In this document: one piece after another, positions 1-19,000 of the stretch
Layout of the letters: each line of letters opens with the position of its first letter
Position numbering within the stretch: the stretch's first letter is position 1
Assembly: GCA_002269645.1 (NCBI GenBank)
Contig: NIVC01000215.1
Span: 186,001 to 250,000, forward strand
DNA length: 64,000 nt
Direction: 5' to 3'
Source: Macrostomum lignano
Lineage: Eukaryota
Notes under the pieces: model-generated
What the model was told of the DNA's origin: nothing
The model's database searches: none
What the model saw: the letters and a program-made list of their open reading frames with translations, nothing else
Position numbers and translations under genes: made by a program

Positions 1-3729
<3,729 letters not shown>

Positions 3730-3751
<22 letters not shown>

Positions 3752-6700
3752 TCTTGTCCCGGCATTCGAGCCCGAAAAGGAATCAAGGGCTTCTTCATAA
3801 AATGAATCAATCGAGAATCGTCGCTAGATTCCTTTGGTGCGCACTCTCTTTTGTGATGATTCCACATGAGCTGCAGATAACGCGCGTAGCAGCGAATCTC
3901 CGTCTCTGTAGGCAGGCTGTTGCTGGGATAGACCATGTCGAGCAGCTGCTGCGACGTTTCAGCAAGGTAAGATTCGTCCGCGTCGAAAAGAGGGTCTAAA
4001 AGTTTCAATAAAAAATAACTTTGTGCAGTATTACCATATTATCTTTTTAAGACTAGCAGGTATTGTTGCGAACGTACGATTGCAATAAAGGTAGCAATAA
4101 TACAATCTACAGCAAAATTATTATAAATTATGCTATTCTCAAAGCAATCATCGTCATTGCTCCTTAATAGAAAAGCATCTCATTGGCAGGCACCATCAAG
4201 GTAAAACACGAGCGCGAAACTTAATTCGTATCGTCAATTGGAACTATAATGGGCTAATCATTAGCCAAAAATACCAGTACGAGGACGAAAACTTTTCCAA
4301 ATAGAACCCCAAGAGATACAAAATGAAACATTGTGCGAATGGAAGATTTTATTGTTCGTGCGCCATACAAGCACCATGCTGAGTAAAGACAAGATCCATC
4401 TTTAGAGAAGTAAAAATGGGGGCGGTTAAAACAATTTAACTTACTTTGCTGCTAAAGACACTTTTTTGTTGTTAGAACTCCTGTTAAATTAAATAGAAGC
4501 AATATTAAGACAGTTTCGTGTCAAACATCATAGCTAACTTTTACTGTCACATGCAGTATTCAAGAGCTGCTTCGATCTAGTTTAAAACTTACCAGAAATT
4601 TCCCAAAATACTGGCGCCTTCGGTACTAGAGACTCTTTCCAATCATCTTCGGTCAATAAAGTCTGAAGGTTTCGGTCCCTGATCATCTACAAAATGTTTT
4701 AACTCACATAACTAGTGTATTGCTTTTTTTGTTGATAGCTAAATAAATTCTAATAAAAAAAATAAACGGTGAATTTTGCACTTCAACTCACCTCGAGGTG
4801 CTTCGTGATTACGTCCCACTTTGGAAAATGATTCGAATGGGAACCAAGAAACAAGTAGCGACACTTCCTAACCACTTCGATCGTCTTCCACAACCAAGGA
4901 CTCGACATGCAATCGTTTTGTAACAAAGACACTTCAAGTCTGAGACACTCAGAAAATGCTTCTAGTGCTCGATGCTCTTGATCTTCAAGCTGCCTTTGGT
5001 TAAAGTACAGTACAGCGATCATTCCCTGAGCCATAGCTGCACCGACATGGTCACCGCATATTGTGTCAAATATTTGGGCAGCCTGGCGAAACTTGAAAAT
5101 GGCGGCGTTAAACTCATTGAACGCAGGCTTACTAACTGTGGCGCAGGCATTCGAATAAAGGAACATTCCCACAGAAATGTGCAGTGACGCGTGTACCTCT
5201 GTATCAACGAGGCCGGCGGCGGCGCACAAATCGTAGGCTAGTTGAAAGCGATGAAGTCGAAAATCTGGCACACCGAATAGAGTCTTGCAATTTCTGGGCG
5301 CATCGGAAAAGTTTCCCAGAGCAGTGAGGCACATAACAGCCAATGAGGAAGGCAGAACATGACCTTCAGGACTTGATAGATTCTGCTGCAACACTCTAAA
5401 CAACTCGTCGCAAGACCTTCTCCTGACGGACGCTGAAAAGTCTTGGTTGTCCTTAATTTTGTCGCACATGCGATAAGCCAACTCTCCAACGTAGATTCGT
5501 AAGAAAGAAACAAACTCAGACTGTCCCATGCTTGGATCCTCGCTCAGTTCAGAGCAAATCAATGTCGCGTGCTCGTTAAGCGCTCTGCACTGGCGCCAGG
5601 TTTGGTCTAATAATCGAAAATGATTTGAAGAAAAGAAAATCTTTAGGAAGGCAACCGTAGTAACCAACTTTGAGGATTTATTATCCTTAGTGTGCAACGT
5701 TGGAGAGAAAAGCTTCAAATTTCGAGCCACCACTTTCAACAAACACAGTTCCGCTTCGTTAGCAATCCAGAAGCCACAGATCAGAGCGATAGCAGGTCCC
5801 ATTTCGTGATGATCAGAAACCAACCGTTTAAGAGTGATAGATTGGTAGCTTTCTAACGACAGCTCTATTCCAAAGTACATAGACACAAGTCTAGATACCT
5901 TAGCCTGACGACACTCAACCTTTCCTTTCGCACAAGCATAGATGTAGTATTTAGCGATGAACAAATGACAGAGCAATCCTGCCACGTAGCTATTAGTTTC
6001 TTTGCATCGTCTCAGTCGATCTTTAAAATATTCAAGACCTTCTTTTCTGTAGCAGTCGAGGTATTCGCGAACTAAGTCAAGAGGTGTCTCAATCTGTGAA
6101 ATAACCACATCAGATATTGTTTTAGGAACCGGTTTATCTGAAAAAAAACATTATTGCACAATACGATTTTATAGCTAGAAGTTAAACTACGCTAAGCCAT
6201 GATTTAGTTACTGAGCAAAAACCCCACCTTCACAACTCGTATTTCCTTCCTTCGTTTCGCGCTCCCTCGCGCCCGCATACTTTTGACAGTCAACCTTTAT
6301 AGAAACTTCCAAATGGCATTTCTGAAAAAGGGCATTCGGATATTTAGTACACAGGAAAACAACAGCTGAATAAAGCGCAAGGAAACTACTTAAAACCCAT
6401 ATTTAATTTAATTTCAATCTGTGATTAATGATACTCTGCATGGATGAAAAGCGCGTTGACAATGATCCGATTAAGCTGCTAAAAGTGTTATATATACGTA
6501 TTGAAATTATCGCATGGATGCAAACATGACCATAGCTTTTAATTTCTACTTTGAGACGGGATGTCTACAGTATAATTGAAGCCTCAGAAGCAGAATTCAC
6601 AAACCCAACTTAATTGACAAAGGGGTGGAGCGTGAGCTTAGAGTACAGTAGGTTACATAGTGACGACAAAACGAGTTGGCAACATAAAATTCAAAGTTTT

Positions 6701-8136
6701 TGTTAGCGTTTGTCTTATTTGCTTTTTAAAAGACGAGCTACACTTCCACTAAAGTCCATAAAGCGTTGGATGGAAACGAACCATATGAAGCAAAGATCAC
6801 GAGTAAACATAAAATCTGAAAGCGTAAGCAAAGCATTGCAAGAGATAATAAAAGAAGCTATATTGCTCACCAAAGCTTGTTGATAAACTTCATTCCATTC
6901 ATTCTGATCTTGTTTCGAGCTAACAGAGTCAGCGCCTATTCGCAGAATCTGCAGCAAGCTCCGCATCGAAGCGGTAGGCTGGCGAATTTCGCACTCCAAG
7001 TCTGTTGCCTTGCTTAGATCACACAGAGCATCGCTGCTAAAGTCAGCCAGCATATTGGCGCGAACGATTCCGCGTACAGTGTAGACGGAAGCCAACAACG
7101 ACGATTTAGGCGCGCATTCTTCTAACTCGTGGGCACTTTCGTCCAAACTAAGCTTGGCCTCAGTGTATCTGTCTTGAAGAAACTGCTTATAGGCCTCGGG
7201 TCTTCGAATTGCTATTCGCTGAGGATTAGTGTCTTCAAATAAGCAAACACCTCGTATATAATCAGCGTAGGCTTTCAAGTAGCGTTCATCACTTGTTCTT
7301 GCGGCTCTGGGGAACAGTTTCTTGCGAAACAAGTCAAGAAGAATATTTGCTCGAACGGTCTGTCGCAGCTCTAGAAGACAAGCAGCCATACTAATTATAC
7401 CGGTGATTGTAAACTCGCTCGCCACAATATCTTTGTCAGTCTTTCGCATCAACAGCTTCCGCGTAGTGACAGGCCGCTTGACTTCCTCTTTGCGCTCGAT
7501 CATCGCTTCAAACCACTTGAATGCTAGGCGAAAATTTTGATAATTACAGACTTCCTTGAGTTTTGCAACATTAAAGAACATTACTCCAGCAGCTTTTCGT
7601 AATAACATTTTTATCCAATTATCGATTAGATGTTGTCTACTAGGAGACAAGTGCCAAGTGACAACACTTCGAGCAATGGCGCATTTCTTTGGCCATTCAT
7701 CTGTGGACTGCCTTAAAGAAACAAGAGCTTCGTTAACACAGAGCAGGCCGCTTAGTATTGCCAAGCACTCGTGCATCAGAACTGAGTCTTCCTGCCCAAT
7801 AGAAGTCGTAAGCGATTTAAGTCTTTTGTAAGCAGTCTCGATAGCCGAAACATCACATTCTTCTTTACTGCCTTCACTAATACTTGACAAAAAAGCCTTA
7901 CTAAACTTTGAGTCCATGAGCTCGCCATGTGATGTAGTAACCGAGGAAGAAGTTAGCTCTAGGTGAGCTAATATAACTTTTCTTGCAACTTGAACCAACC
8001 CCATTGAGCAGTAGCCATCGCTGCAACTGCTGCACTGGCAGCCGCCAGATTTAGTTTTGTCGACTTTCCAAAAATCGATAGCCTCCTTGGTCGGTTGGAA
8101 ATGCAGACCGTCTGAGCCAAGAGCGGATAAAAACAT
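3730..8136 (-). CDS. Uncharacterised ~1,012-aa alpha-helical/TPR-like protein, 5 exons, last exon interrupted by the LINE
   Basis: Exons 8136-6871, 6294-6228, 6137-4792, 4686-4593 and 3995-3730. All four introns are GT-AG (donors GTGAGC, GTGGGG, GTGAGT, GTAAGT) with matching phases 0,1,0,1 and no internal stop. Start context is aaaccATG with an in-frame stop just upstream. TPR-like helix pairs lie near the ends of exons 1 and 3. Confidence 0.78.
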
Positions 8137-9374
8137 GGTTTAACATCAAAACCACGACGAAAAACTGTGTTATTAATATTGACGACTCAATCACTGCTTG
8201 CTTTTACCTGACTGAAACAAGTAAAACAAGAAATTCAAGGTTGAGAATAATTTTCAACTCGAAACAAAGCAAAACTACATGCTGAACGGTTACCATTTTT
8301 ACTGCAACCCTTCAACTGTGATTAGGTTTTGCCCTGGTCTTCAGGCTCAATAAATAATAAAAGCCAACATGATAAAGGTTAACTTTTCTACCATTAAAGG
8401 TTCCCTACAACCCTCCCTAAAACGATTCCTTTAAGGAATAACAATTAGAAAGGAAAGACAAATCAGAATAAACAAACGTACTACACAATACATTTAAACC
8501 TATGACGCCAGCCAGATCATTAGAGGTGAAAAGCTGTTGTTAGCGCAAACGATGTCTTGAAAGTCCAGTTATTATTAAACGTTAGATAGTTAAGACAGAG
8601 CAAGTTAATAAACGTTAGAAATAAATATCGATAGTTACACTGTTTTACTTAGTAAACTGAAGGCAAACACAATACCGGTGCCTTAATGCAACAAACATTT
8701 GATTTAAGCACCTAAGACGGCGATTTGTAAGCACCAATTTTTGCACAATATAGTAAAAAAGAAAGAACCAAACTAACTTGAATAATAAATTTAGGTCCGA
8801 AGAAAGCAAACAAACGAAAAATAATAATACGAAAAAATGCTTTAACATAACTAAAATGCCGTTTTGCCGTCAGCTGAAATAACTAGCATACAAGTTAACA
8901 GAAAACTATGAAGCAAAGACGCGTATGACTACTGAATATAATAGTTTAAGTAGTTTTATTTTTTAAGTATCATCAAGTAGTTACTGTAGTAAACGTTCAT
9001 CGCAAAATATTAATGCAATATTAATTGACCAATACTATTTGATTCGGTCTTTTAAAAATAAATAAAACAGACAAACTTCAGCTTATAACTTTTGAAGCGC
9101 ATATAATGATGATTCAGTGCGTACGGACGTTGCATCGGCTGATGCACACATCAAGCTAAAACAGTGCTGACGAATAAACGAGATAACCACTAAATCAGGC
9201 TTAATTGTTTCAAAGTGTTATTCCACAGACATTACAAGTCAGAATACAGAATAACAAGGTGAACGAAATTGAATTTCAAACATGCAGGTTCAGGTGCGGA
9301 TTTTTTTGCTTTTATTTTTGTTTTCAATTGTCATACTGTGGTAAAACATAACTACCTTAGACGACTCAGTAAGT

Positions 9375-9732
9375 CAGGGAGGTTACTAGAGGGCAATGCG
9401 CAGGGAGGTTGCTAAGGGGCAATGCTCAGGGTGGTTGCTAAGGGGCAATGCTCAGGGAGGTTTCTAAGGGGCAATGCTCAGGGAGGTTGCTAAGGAGCAA
9501 TGCTCAGGGAGGTTCCTAAAGGGCAATGCTCAGGGAGGTTGCTAAGGGGCAATGCTCAGGGAGGTTCCTAAAGGGCAATGCTCAGGGAGGTTGCTAAGGG
9601 GCAATGCTCAGGGTGGTTGCTAAGGGGCAATGCTCAGGGAGGTTGCTAAGGGGCAATGCTCAGGGAGGTTGTTAAGGGGCAATGCTCAGGGAGGTTGTTA
9701 AGGGGCAATGCTCAGGGAGGTTGCTAAGGGGC
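9375..9732 (+). repeat. 26-bp G-rich minisatellite (~14 copies)
   Basis: Unit CAGGGAGGTTGCTAAGGGGCAATGCT tandemly repeated, ~300 bp beyond the TOP1 stop. Confidence 0.95.
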
Positions 9733-10038
9733 GATTCCAAGATTTCTTTAAATGGGGATTTTAAGAGAGGCGAGCTTAGAACACCCGTTTAAGCGTGAGA
9801 AAAAAGAGACATTTTGTAGAAATATGTTAATAAGCATTTAATTTAAACGTGCGATACACTAGTACAAATATTAAAACGCAACAATATAGTTTTTAAAGCC
9901 GATAAACAGAGTTCAAGTGGCCAACAGAGACTAAAAAGACGCATTAAAGAGACAATAGAAATTATAAAGCGACTCATATTGTCAGTCGACCCCACAGCAA
10001 TCCGCCACAGAGACGTCGATAATCGATTGACCCCCCAA

Positions 10039-13000
10039 TCAATCGTCGCCATCGTCTCCGTCCTCGTCGTCCTCAACCTCGCGCAGCTGATTCGTGGCCT
10101 TGTCCGATTCGGTGTCCTGAAATCGGAAACTAGCCGTAGCCATATCGATGGCCCATTGGAACTTCTCGCGCTGGGTTTTGTTGTACACTTTCTCGACTGG
10201 GACGTCGAATCTGCGGCACCAGGCCACAGAGATGCGCGGGTCCAGATAGTTCAGCTTGGACGTGCCCAGGGCGATCTCTTTGTTCTCGTCTTTGTCGGTG
10301 CGTTGCACGCGCAGCTTCAACAGCTGGTCTTCGAGGCGACGCAGCGCGTTCTTCTTCTTCTCGTAGGCCTGAAACGGAATCAAGAAGCGAATTGAATCAA
10401 TCACGTAGCTATTGGTTCACTAATCACGTAGCTATCGGTTCACTAATCACGTAGCTATCGGTTCACTAATCACGTAGCTATCGGTTCACTAATCACGTAG
10501 CTATCGTTCACTAATCACGTAGCTATCGGTTCACTAATCACGTAGCTATCGGTTCACTAATCACGTAGCTATCGGTTCACTAATCACGTAGCTATCGGTT
10601 CACTAATCACGTAGCTATCGGTTCACTAATCACGTAGCTATCGGTTCACTAATCACGTAGCTATCGGTTCACTAATCACGTAGCTATCGGTTCACTAATC
10701 ACGTAGCTATTGGTTCACTAATCACGTAGCTATTGGTTCACTAATCACGTAGCTATTGGTTCACTAATCACGTAGCTATCGGTTCACTAATCACGTAGCT
10801 ATTGGTTCACTAATCACGTAGCTATTGGTTCACTAATCACGTAGCTATTGGTTCAATAATCACGTAGCTATTGGTTCACTAATCACGTAGCTATCGGTTC
10901 ACTAATCACGTAGCTATTGGTTCACTAATCACGTAGCTATTGGTTCACTAATCACGTAGCTATTGGTTCACTAATCACGTAGCTATTGGTTCACTAATCA
11001 CGTAGCTATTGGTTCACCAATCACGTAGCTATTGGTTCACTAATCACGTAGCTATTGGTTCACTAATCACGTAGCTATCGGTTCACTAATCACGTAGCTA
11101 TCGGTTCACTAATCACGTAGCTATTGGTTCACTAATCACGTAGCTATTGGTTCACTAATCACGTAGCTATTGGTTCACCAATCACGTAGCTATCGGTTCA
11201 CCAATCACATAGCTATCGGTTCACTAATCACATAGCTATCGGTTCACCAATCACGTAGCTATCGGTTCACTAATCACGTAGCTATTGGTTCACTAATCAC
11301 GTAGCTATCGGTTCACAAATCACGTAGCTATCGGTTCACTAATCACATAGCTATCACTTCACCTATCACGCAGCTTTCACTTCACTAATCACGTAGCTAT
11401 CACTTCACCTATCACGCAGCTTTCACTTCACCTATCACGTAGCTACCGGTTCACCAATCACGTAGCTATCAATTCACCTATCACGCAGCTATCAATTCAC
11501 CAATCGCACATCAATAAACTTTTCCTACCCGATTGTATTTAAGGTTCATTAAATTATACAAAACGTAAGTTTTGAGTTTTTCAAAAAGCTCAAATTTCTC
11601 TTTAATAATCTACTGAATAAGTCTTAGTAAAAATTAAACTCAATTACCTGCTTATTCTTCGCCGATTTCTCCTTCTTAGCCAGAGCCTTCGCTTGTTTAG
11701 CCTCGCGCTTAGCGGCTTTCACGGCGGCCTCTTTATCCTCCAGCTTCTTGCTGAGATTCTCCATTGACTTCTCGAAAGTTTTGGGCACCGCGCGCTGATG
11801 GTTGCACAGAATGGCCACCTCGCGATTGGCCCGATTGTAGGCCAGAATCTTGGCGGCCTGCGGCTCGTCAGGATTCGTCAGCTTCTCCAGCTGATCCTCC
11901 AAGGTCTTGCTAGCGTTGTAGGTCCTGAACACCTTGGCTGTTAGGCCGTCCATCAGCTCCTTCAGGTGGGCGTTGAGAATAGAAGTGTTCAATCGGTCAA
12001 ACAAATCGTCGCCCTCTTTCTTGCCCTCCATGAATAGGCGAAGGTTTTTAAATACGCGCTTCTCAACCGCCACGGCGTTGTTATAGCGAATTGAATCTTT
12101 GCCGAGGAAGTCAAATTCGACAACGTATTGGCCGAGCTCCGGGTGCTGCTTGTGCAGCTTGATGTGCTCGTAGCGTAGCGAGCAGCAGCCCACCGTGTCT
12201 GCCTCGTCGTCATCCTTCTCGTTGCCAGCCCTGAGGGTGAAAAATTTGAGTACTTTTGATCAGGCATCAGAGTGATCTCGGGTGTAAGAGTTATCTCGAG
12301 ATGTCAGAGTGATCTCGGGATGTCAAAGGGATCTCGGGATGTCAGAGGGATCTCAGGGTGTCAGAGTGATCTCAGGGTCTTAAAGTGATCTCGGGATGTC
12401 AGAGTGATCGCAGGGTGTCAGAGTGATCTCAGGGTGTCAGAGTGATCTCAGGGTGTCAGAGTGATCTCAGGGTCTTAAAGTGATCTCGGGATGTCAGAGT
12501 GATCGCAGGGTGTCAGAGTGATCTCAGGGTGTCAGAGTGATCTCAGGGTGTCAGAGTGATCTCAGGGTCTTAAAGTGATCTCGGGATGTCAGAGTGATTT
12601 CAGGGTGTCACGAGGATTTCAGGACATCAGGGAGACAGCGGGTTGGCTATGAGATCGCAAATCTCCAAACCAGCAGCTACTCAATAACGTCAGACAAACA
12701 GACACAATGGCAGCCTCACCTGAGCGCCAATTTGTCAATAAAGTACAGAGCCACCGATCGCTGCCTGAGTCGCATTTCTTTGCTTTTGAAATCGGCCCGG
12801 TATTGCGATCGAATCTTGTCTACGACTTTGTGCAACTGCCTAGCGGTCTCGTACTTCTTCCAATCTTTTTCGCCTTTGAGTCGGCTAGCGGCGTTCAGCA
12901 TTACGTATTTGAAATTGCCTTGCACATTCTCTACCCAGCAGGCTAGCCAGCTCACTGTGTTGTCGTGACGGACCTCCTTCCATTTGTGACCTGGCGGCGG

Positions 13001-16000
13001 TTTCGGCACGGCCGAATCTTTGCTACAGTTGATGATGACGTCCTCCGGTTGGACCCGGCGTTTCAGCTTGCCCATCTTTGGGTGGTTGCCGCGGCCGCGG
13101 AACAGGCCGGGCGGTTCGATCTTGAAGTTGCCGATTCGTTGCCTGTGACCGTCCAGAGTGCAGTGGCCGAAATCCTGCGCGACGGGAGGCGGTGGTAGGA
13201 CTGATATCTCCATGTCTACAGATCTACTAATTATTTATGATACTAATATGTAATGCTAATATCATATATTATCATAGTATCTGTGGACATGACTCTCGAG
13301 CCACCGCAACCCCTGGTTATCCTGGGATTCACGCCCATCTACAGGGCACCGAGAGTGTACATAGCCGACGACTAGAAAGTCAGGATCACTGTGCACCCTG
13401 TGTGAGCGTGCTTGTCCATGGCCTCGCCAAATCGCACTCGGAAGCCCCCCCTACCCCGAATGGTGGCGTTATTCCCAGTTGCGGAACGCGCGGCTATCGG
13501 ATTATGAGCTGAATGCGCCCAGCTTATGGCCTGCTATTATCTGACTCTTCCGATCCTGTATTATTGAATTATTCTGCTCAAGCCACAGCAAATGACTGAA
13601 GCTCAGCGCATGCGAGGCGACTTGCGCGCAGAAACGGTTTTTTTCAATCGATAGGCATAAACAGTCTTGAGTGGCTATTGGAGTCGAACGCAAACGAACA
13701 GAAATAGCATAAGGTAGACACAAGAACTCGCAATAGACTTTTCTGCAGAAACAGCTGCATTATTGCCTGCTTCTCTTTGGCAGCTCAGGCTTTTGATTGC
13801 TAAAAAAGTTTAGCTAAATATAGCTAAACTTCTGCATATTTTCTCATCCGGAATGCCGTTAATACCCACAAAATTTGCTCCAATAATTGGAAAAAGTAAA
13901 ACACTTCCAACTGTTCTCTGAGGGCCACCTCACCTGACCTGAGGTCCTGAAATTCAAACACAAGAGGGCCAACCTCTGGCCCAATGCACAGAGAGTGCAA
14001 GTCGTCAAAGAATCGCCCGAGAGTCAATTTGAGGCGTTTTATTGTCTGCGACTATAACGACCCTGAGGCCGTAGAGTGGTATCTTCTCTACTATCTAATT
14101 TAAACAAACATTGCAGCATAACAAACCTGCGTCATTTTCTCGTTTGTTTCTTTGAGCTTCTGCTTCTCCTCCTTAGTTCGATTCTTTCTCTCCTCAGCTT
14201 GACGCTTGTAAAACTCGTGAATTTCGGTGAAATTGCACTTGGCCAGAGATTTAATGCGCTTCTGCTCGGCATGCGACATCACGCTGCGCCAGTCCTGCGG
14301 GTGGGGAAGGTGCGAACGACAGTAGGCTTAAAGTATTACTAATTATGTCATATTTATCTTGAATATGAGAAATGACTCTATTAGAATACAATTAGCCAAA
14401 GAAATGCTTATTAAATAAGTCCAAATACCAAAGGGATTTACACAGCTTAAAATCCAAGAACTGAAATTTTAAGACTAGCGGTCCATGGCAAAAGAATGAA
14501 CTACCCTAGCGGCTTATGAACAAATCAAAGCAAGACGCCTAGAAGTCCATGAACAAAAGAAGGACACCAAGAAGTCCACCAATAAAAGGAAAAACAGACT
14601 TCCGCTAACAAAGAAGACAGCAAGAAGTCCATGAAGAAAAAGAGACACACAGAAGTCCATAAACAAAAGAGACACCCAGAAGTCCATGAACAAAGAAAAG
14701 ACACCCAGAAGTCCATGAACAAAGAAAAGACACCCAGAAGTCCATGAACAAAGAAAAGACACCCAGAAGTCCATGAACAAAGAAAAGACACCCAGAAGTC
14801 CATGAACAAAGAAAAGACACCAAGAAGTCCATGAACAAAGAAAAAACACCCAGAAGTCCATAAAAAAGACAGACTTCCGCCAACAAAGAAGACACCAAGA
14901 AGTCCATGAACAAAGAAAAGACACCCAGAAGTCCATGAAAAAAGACAGACTTCCGCCAACAAAGAAGACACCAAGAAGTTCATGAACAAAGAAAAGACAC
15001 CCAGAAGTCCATGAACAAAGAAAAGACATCCAGAGATCCATGAAACAAGGGAGTAGCACACCAAGTGAGAACACGGGCAAACCATACTAGAAAAGACCAA
15101 AAACTAACCTGAAAGAAGTTATTATTGAATGACTCCTTGCTAGTATAGTCGTGATCCAGCATTCTAGCATAGAAGCCGGCAACCTCTTCAGCCTCCGGAG
15201 TGAGCACCATATGCTCGCCGTCGTAATAGAATTTCACATTCTTAGGCAGAGGCTCGTAGTCGGGCGCGAACACCGGACCTTTGTGCTCGAGAAAGCGCCA
15301 CTTGCTGCCGTCTGTTGGCTTTTCTTCCTCCCACCAGCGCCAAACTTCGGGGGCTGGTTCCTCAGTTTTGCGCTCCCGTTTAGGCTTAGCAACTGGCTCA
15401 GATTTCCTGCGCTTGCTGTCAGACTCGGCTTTCACTTTTTTCTTGTCCTCTTTTTTAGCCGTAGCTGGCCTTTTGTGGTCGGCCTCTTTTTTGACTTTCT
15501 TCTTCTGCGATGTCGGCTCTTTCTTTGGCGTTTTAATAGGGCTCTGAGCAGTCGGAGTGGTCGGCTCAGTCTTCGGCTTCTTACTGGCAGGAGACGGTGA
15601 CGAGTCTTCGCCACTGTTGGCTCGCTTGCCGCCATTCTGCTTCTTCTGCGAGACAACGGAGCTGAACTTCTTCGACAGCGGAACATCGTCGTCGCTGCTA
15701 CTGCAGCCATCCGGGTCTGGCTTGATGGCGGAGACGGCGGCAGCTGCTGCTGCAGTGGCCGATGCTGCGGTTGTGGCCGGAGAGCCCGAGCCGTTAACTG
15801 GATCAGCGTTGGTCATGCCACTGGCTGAAATATTGGGCAATATGCTAATTGTTTTGATGCCTGGCCTTCTTATACATTATAGAATAAACTTCTAATGACC
15901 TAAATCTAAATCTAAAACTAAAAACATTCCTAGCACTTTTTATTAGACAATCAAAATCTAGATCCCAAGTCATTTAAATCTAATTAGGTTAAGCCTATCC

Positions 16001-19000
16001 TTTTGGTAGCCTTGATACAAAAAATTTCAGCCTATATTTTAGCCTTAACATAAAAATATGTTAATCTTAACATATACTTAGCATATAGAACTTTTAGGTC
16101 CAATCCTATTGCAGTCAATGGCCATCTTTGTAGATGGTGTAGGGAGTACTATAGGGAGGACATAAATAATGAGGAAAATAATATAGAGGTGCAAAGTATA
16201 CACAGGGGGAGAGGATATCAAGGTATATACAAATAGATGTAAGGTGCATATAAGGGAAGTATGCTAGTGCAAGATGTTTTTATAGAAGAATAATAGGTAC
16301 ATAATCTAAGGTAGAAAAAGGTAGGCCCTAATGTCTATAGTTGTAAAAAAATCAATTCACATTACCATACAATAAAAACTAGACTTGTATACTATAGGCT
16401 TAGATTTGCTAGCTAAGATTGGCAAGAAGTCTGGCCAAGGTAAGTTGCAAAAATGCCAACCCAGAAAATATAGACTTATTACTAATTAGATGATGAGGCA
16501 GTTAGCCTTAAAAATACATATATAGTTACTCCAGCTATTTACCCAAATTTTTTTTATTTATTTGCTTTAGGGTTTCTTTCATAGGTAGATTAGCAAGGTA
16601 AAACTTTAAAGTTGGGTATGTAAGTTTGCCTGTCTATTTAGTATTAACTGATAACTATAGGCATAGCTATTGCTATTTTATGGTCTAGAATCTATTGGAT
16701 TGTTAGGAAAGTTCTGTCCATTTTTTTCTATGCAGAGGATCATGAAGCTGTACTGGAACCAACCCTTGTGTTATACAGCCAGAGTTATTATGGTCATTCT
16801 AACCAAGTCATTTGCTTTGTAGCACCCAATTATGGCCAGAAAGTTTGAATTAAACAGCATGGCCCTAAGGCTGTGCATGCTATATGACTTTCTAGCAGGA
16901 ACTACAGCAGCAGTCGAATCAACTCAACGCCTGTGCCCTACATTTGGCCAGAATGCTGTCTCTGACTGCACAGCCTGTCATTGGTTTGATCGCTTTTGCA
17001 GCAGCAATTACAGCCTTGCTGACGAACCTGGACTTGGATGCCCATCCAAGATGGACACTGAGCTGCTGCGAACACACCAGACTACACAAGAGCTGGCAGC
17101 AACTCTCGGGTGCTCCCATGTGCAAGTTGCTGAATACCTGGCTACTATGGGCAAGAAATGCAAGCTTGGACAGTGGACTCCCATGACCTGACTGACAGGG
17201 ACCAGCAAATCTGAGCAGACATATGCACTTCACTGCTCTCATACAAGAGAACAACTGACTGGCTAACCTCCATACTCACTAGTGATAAGAAGTGGGTGCG
17301 GTACATTAATATACACACTGCAAGCGCCAGTGGGTCAATGCCAGCAAGCTGCCACAGCCAGAGCCAAAGGCCCCACTGCACCCTAAGCAGGTGATGCTGT
17401 GCTGGTGGTGGGACAGTGAAGGAGTTGTGTACTTTGAGCTGCTGCCACCCAACACCAGCATAACTCTATTTTTACCAGCTGCAAAATGTGGGTGTCAGCA
17501 TATTTCTACCCTCACAATAACCTTACTGGAATAAGTGTAGAAAACCTCCAGAAATGTGACACGCAGTTTAAAATTGTAGCTCAAAAATGTGACGCAACAT
17601 AGAACATGTTAACTTTTTCACTGAATACAGCCTTAAGACATTTAGCCTTAATAAGACAGTCATAGTTACTCTTGCCATTTACTCAAAAACTGTACCACGC
17701 CGCAACATTCTATTAGGGCACAATAACACATGGCCGCATACTACTAATTTGACCTGGCAAAAGCTGCTAGATCTAGGCTGGGAAGTGCTGCCTTACCTAC
17801 TATATAGCCCTAATCTGGCCCCTATAGACTACTAAATATTTTGAGCACTACACTATCATTTGAAGGAAAAAACTTTTGAAGATAACAAAGGGGTCAAGGA
17901 CTACATCACCAACTTTCTGCATCATAGCCTAAGGACTTCTACAGAGTTGGTATCCGAAGTCTACCCTCTTGTTGGCAAAGGGTTATCAATTTTGATAGCA
18001 ATTATTTTGTACTGAGTAACACTGCCACATTCCTATAAAAATTCACTCCAACTTTTTATTGCCAAAAAAGACAAAACTTTCCTAAAAGCTCAATACATAT
18101 ATAGATTATATTTAAAACTAAATTAAATTTGGCATCTATAGTAGCTTTAATTTTTTCAAAAACATTAATCTTGAAAAACTTTTTAACAAATATTCATTTC
18201 ATAATTTTATCAACTAATAGAAAGTAGATATGTGACTTTAAAATGAAATTAAAATAAACAATTTAAAAATTATTCTAGATGATAAAATAATACTATGTAT
18301 TGATAATTGAAAAGTTACTTTATTTGTTGTTAAACAAATATTTATAAGTAAAATCATGCATGACTTATAACTTTAGCTATTGTTTGTTTAGGTATATTTT
18401 TCCAAAATTAGGAATTATAAAAGTATATGATTGTATATAGACAAAAAAGTAAAAATAATAATTTATAATTAAGGCATACTTTATAGAATTATGATCAAAA
18501 TATTTTAACATGGTTCTCCCAAGCCCTAAGGACTACTTAGACAAAAAAGATAGCAAGCTTTGGTTTGCTTTTTAAAAAGAGATTAAGAATAAAAAAACCA
18601 CCAGATTTAAAAAAAAAATTAAATTATATTATATCAATATAAAGTTGGATTTTTTAAAGACAAAAGTTATTGTTGCTTTTGATACTAATAGAAGGCAGAC
18701 CCAATGTTTAGCTTGACCATAGTTTGGATTGTATATTAGTGTACACTAGGTTTATTGCTAGAAAAATGATGAGACTTTGTTTATATGCCAGGTTTGTGTG
18801 CCAATACAAAAAATGTCATTTGACATAATGTATTTGCTATGTTATATACCAGAATATATATTGATATACACAAAAAAATGGTAAGACCCTTGTTGTACGC
18901 CAGGAAATCCTGGCACATATATTGCCTTCCAAACTATGGCAGCTTGAGTGCTTGAGTAGTCCTTGGGTTCCCTTTAGTTAGGCTTAGTATTTAAATAGGC

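Noticed and set aside
14514-15100. Hydrophobic repeat ORFs overlapping TOP1
   Set aside because: Translations of the intronic 29-bp array; the TOP1 exon has a donor at 15109 and the conserved protein resumes at 14294.
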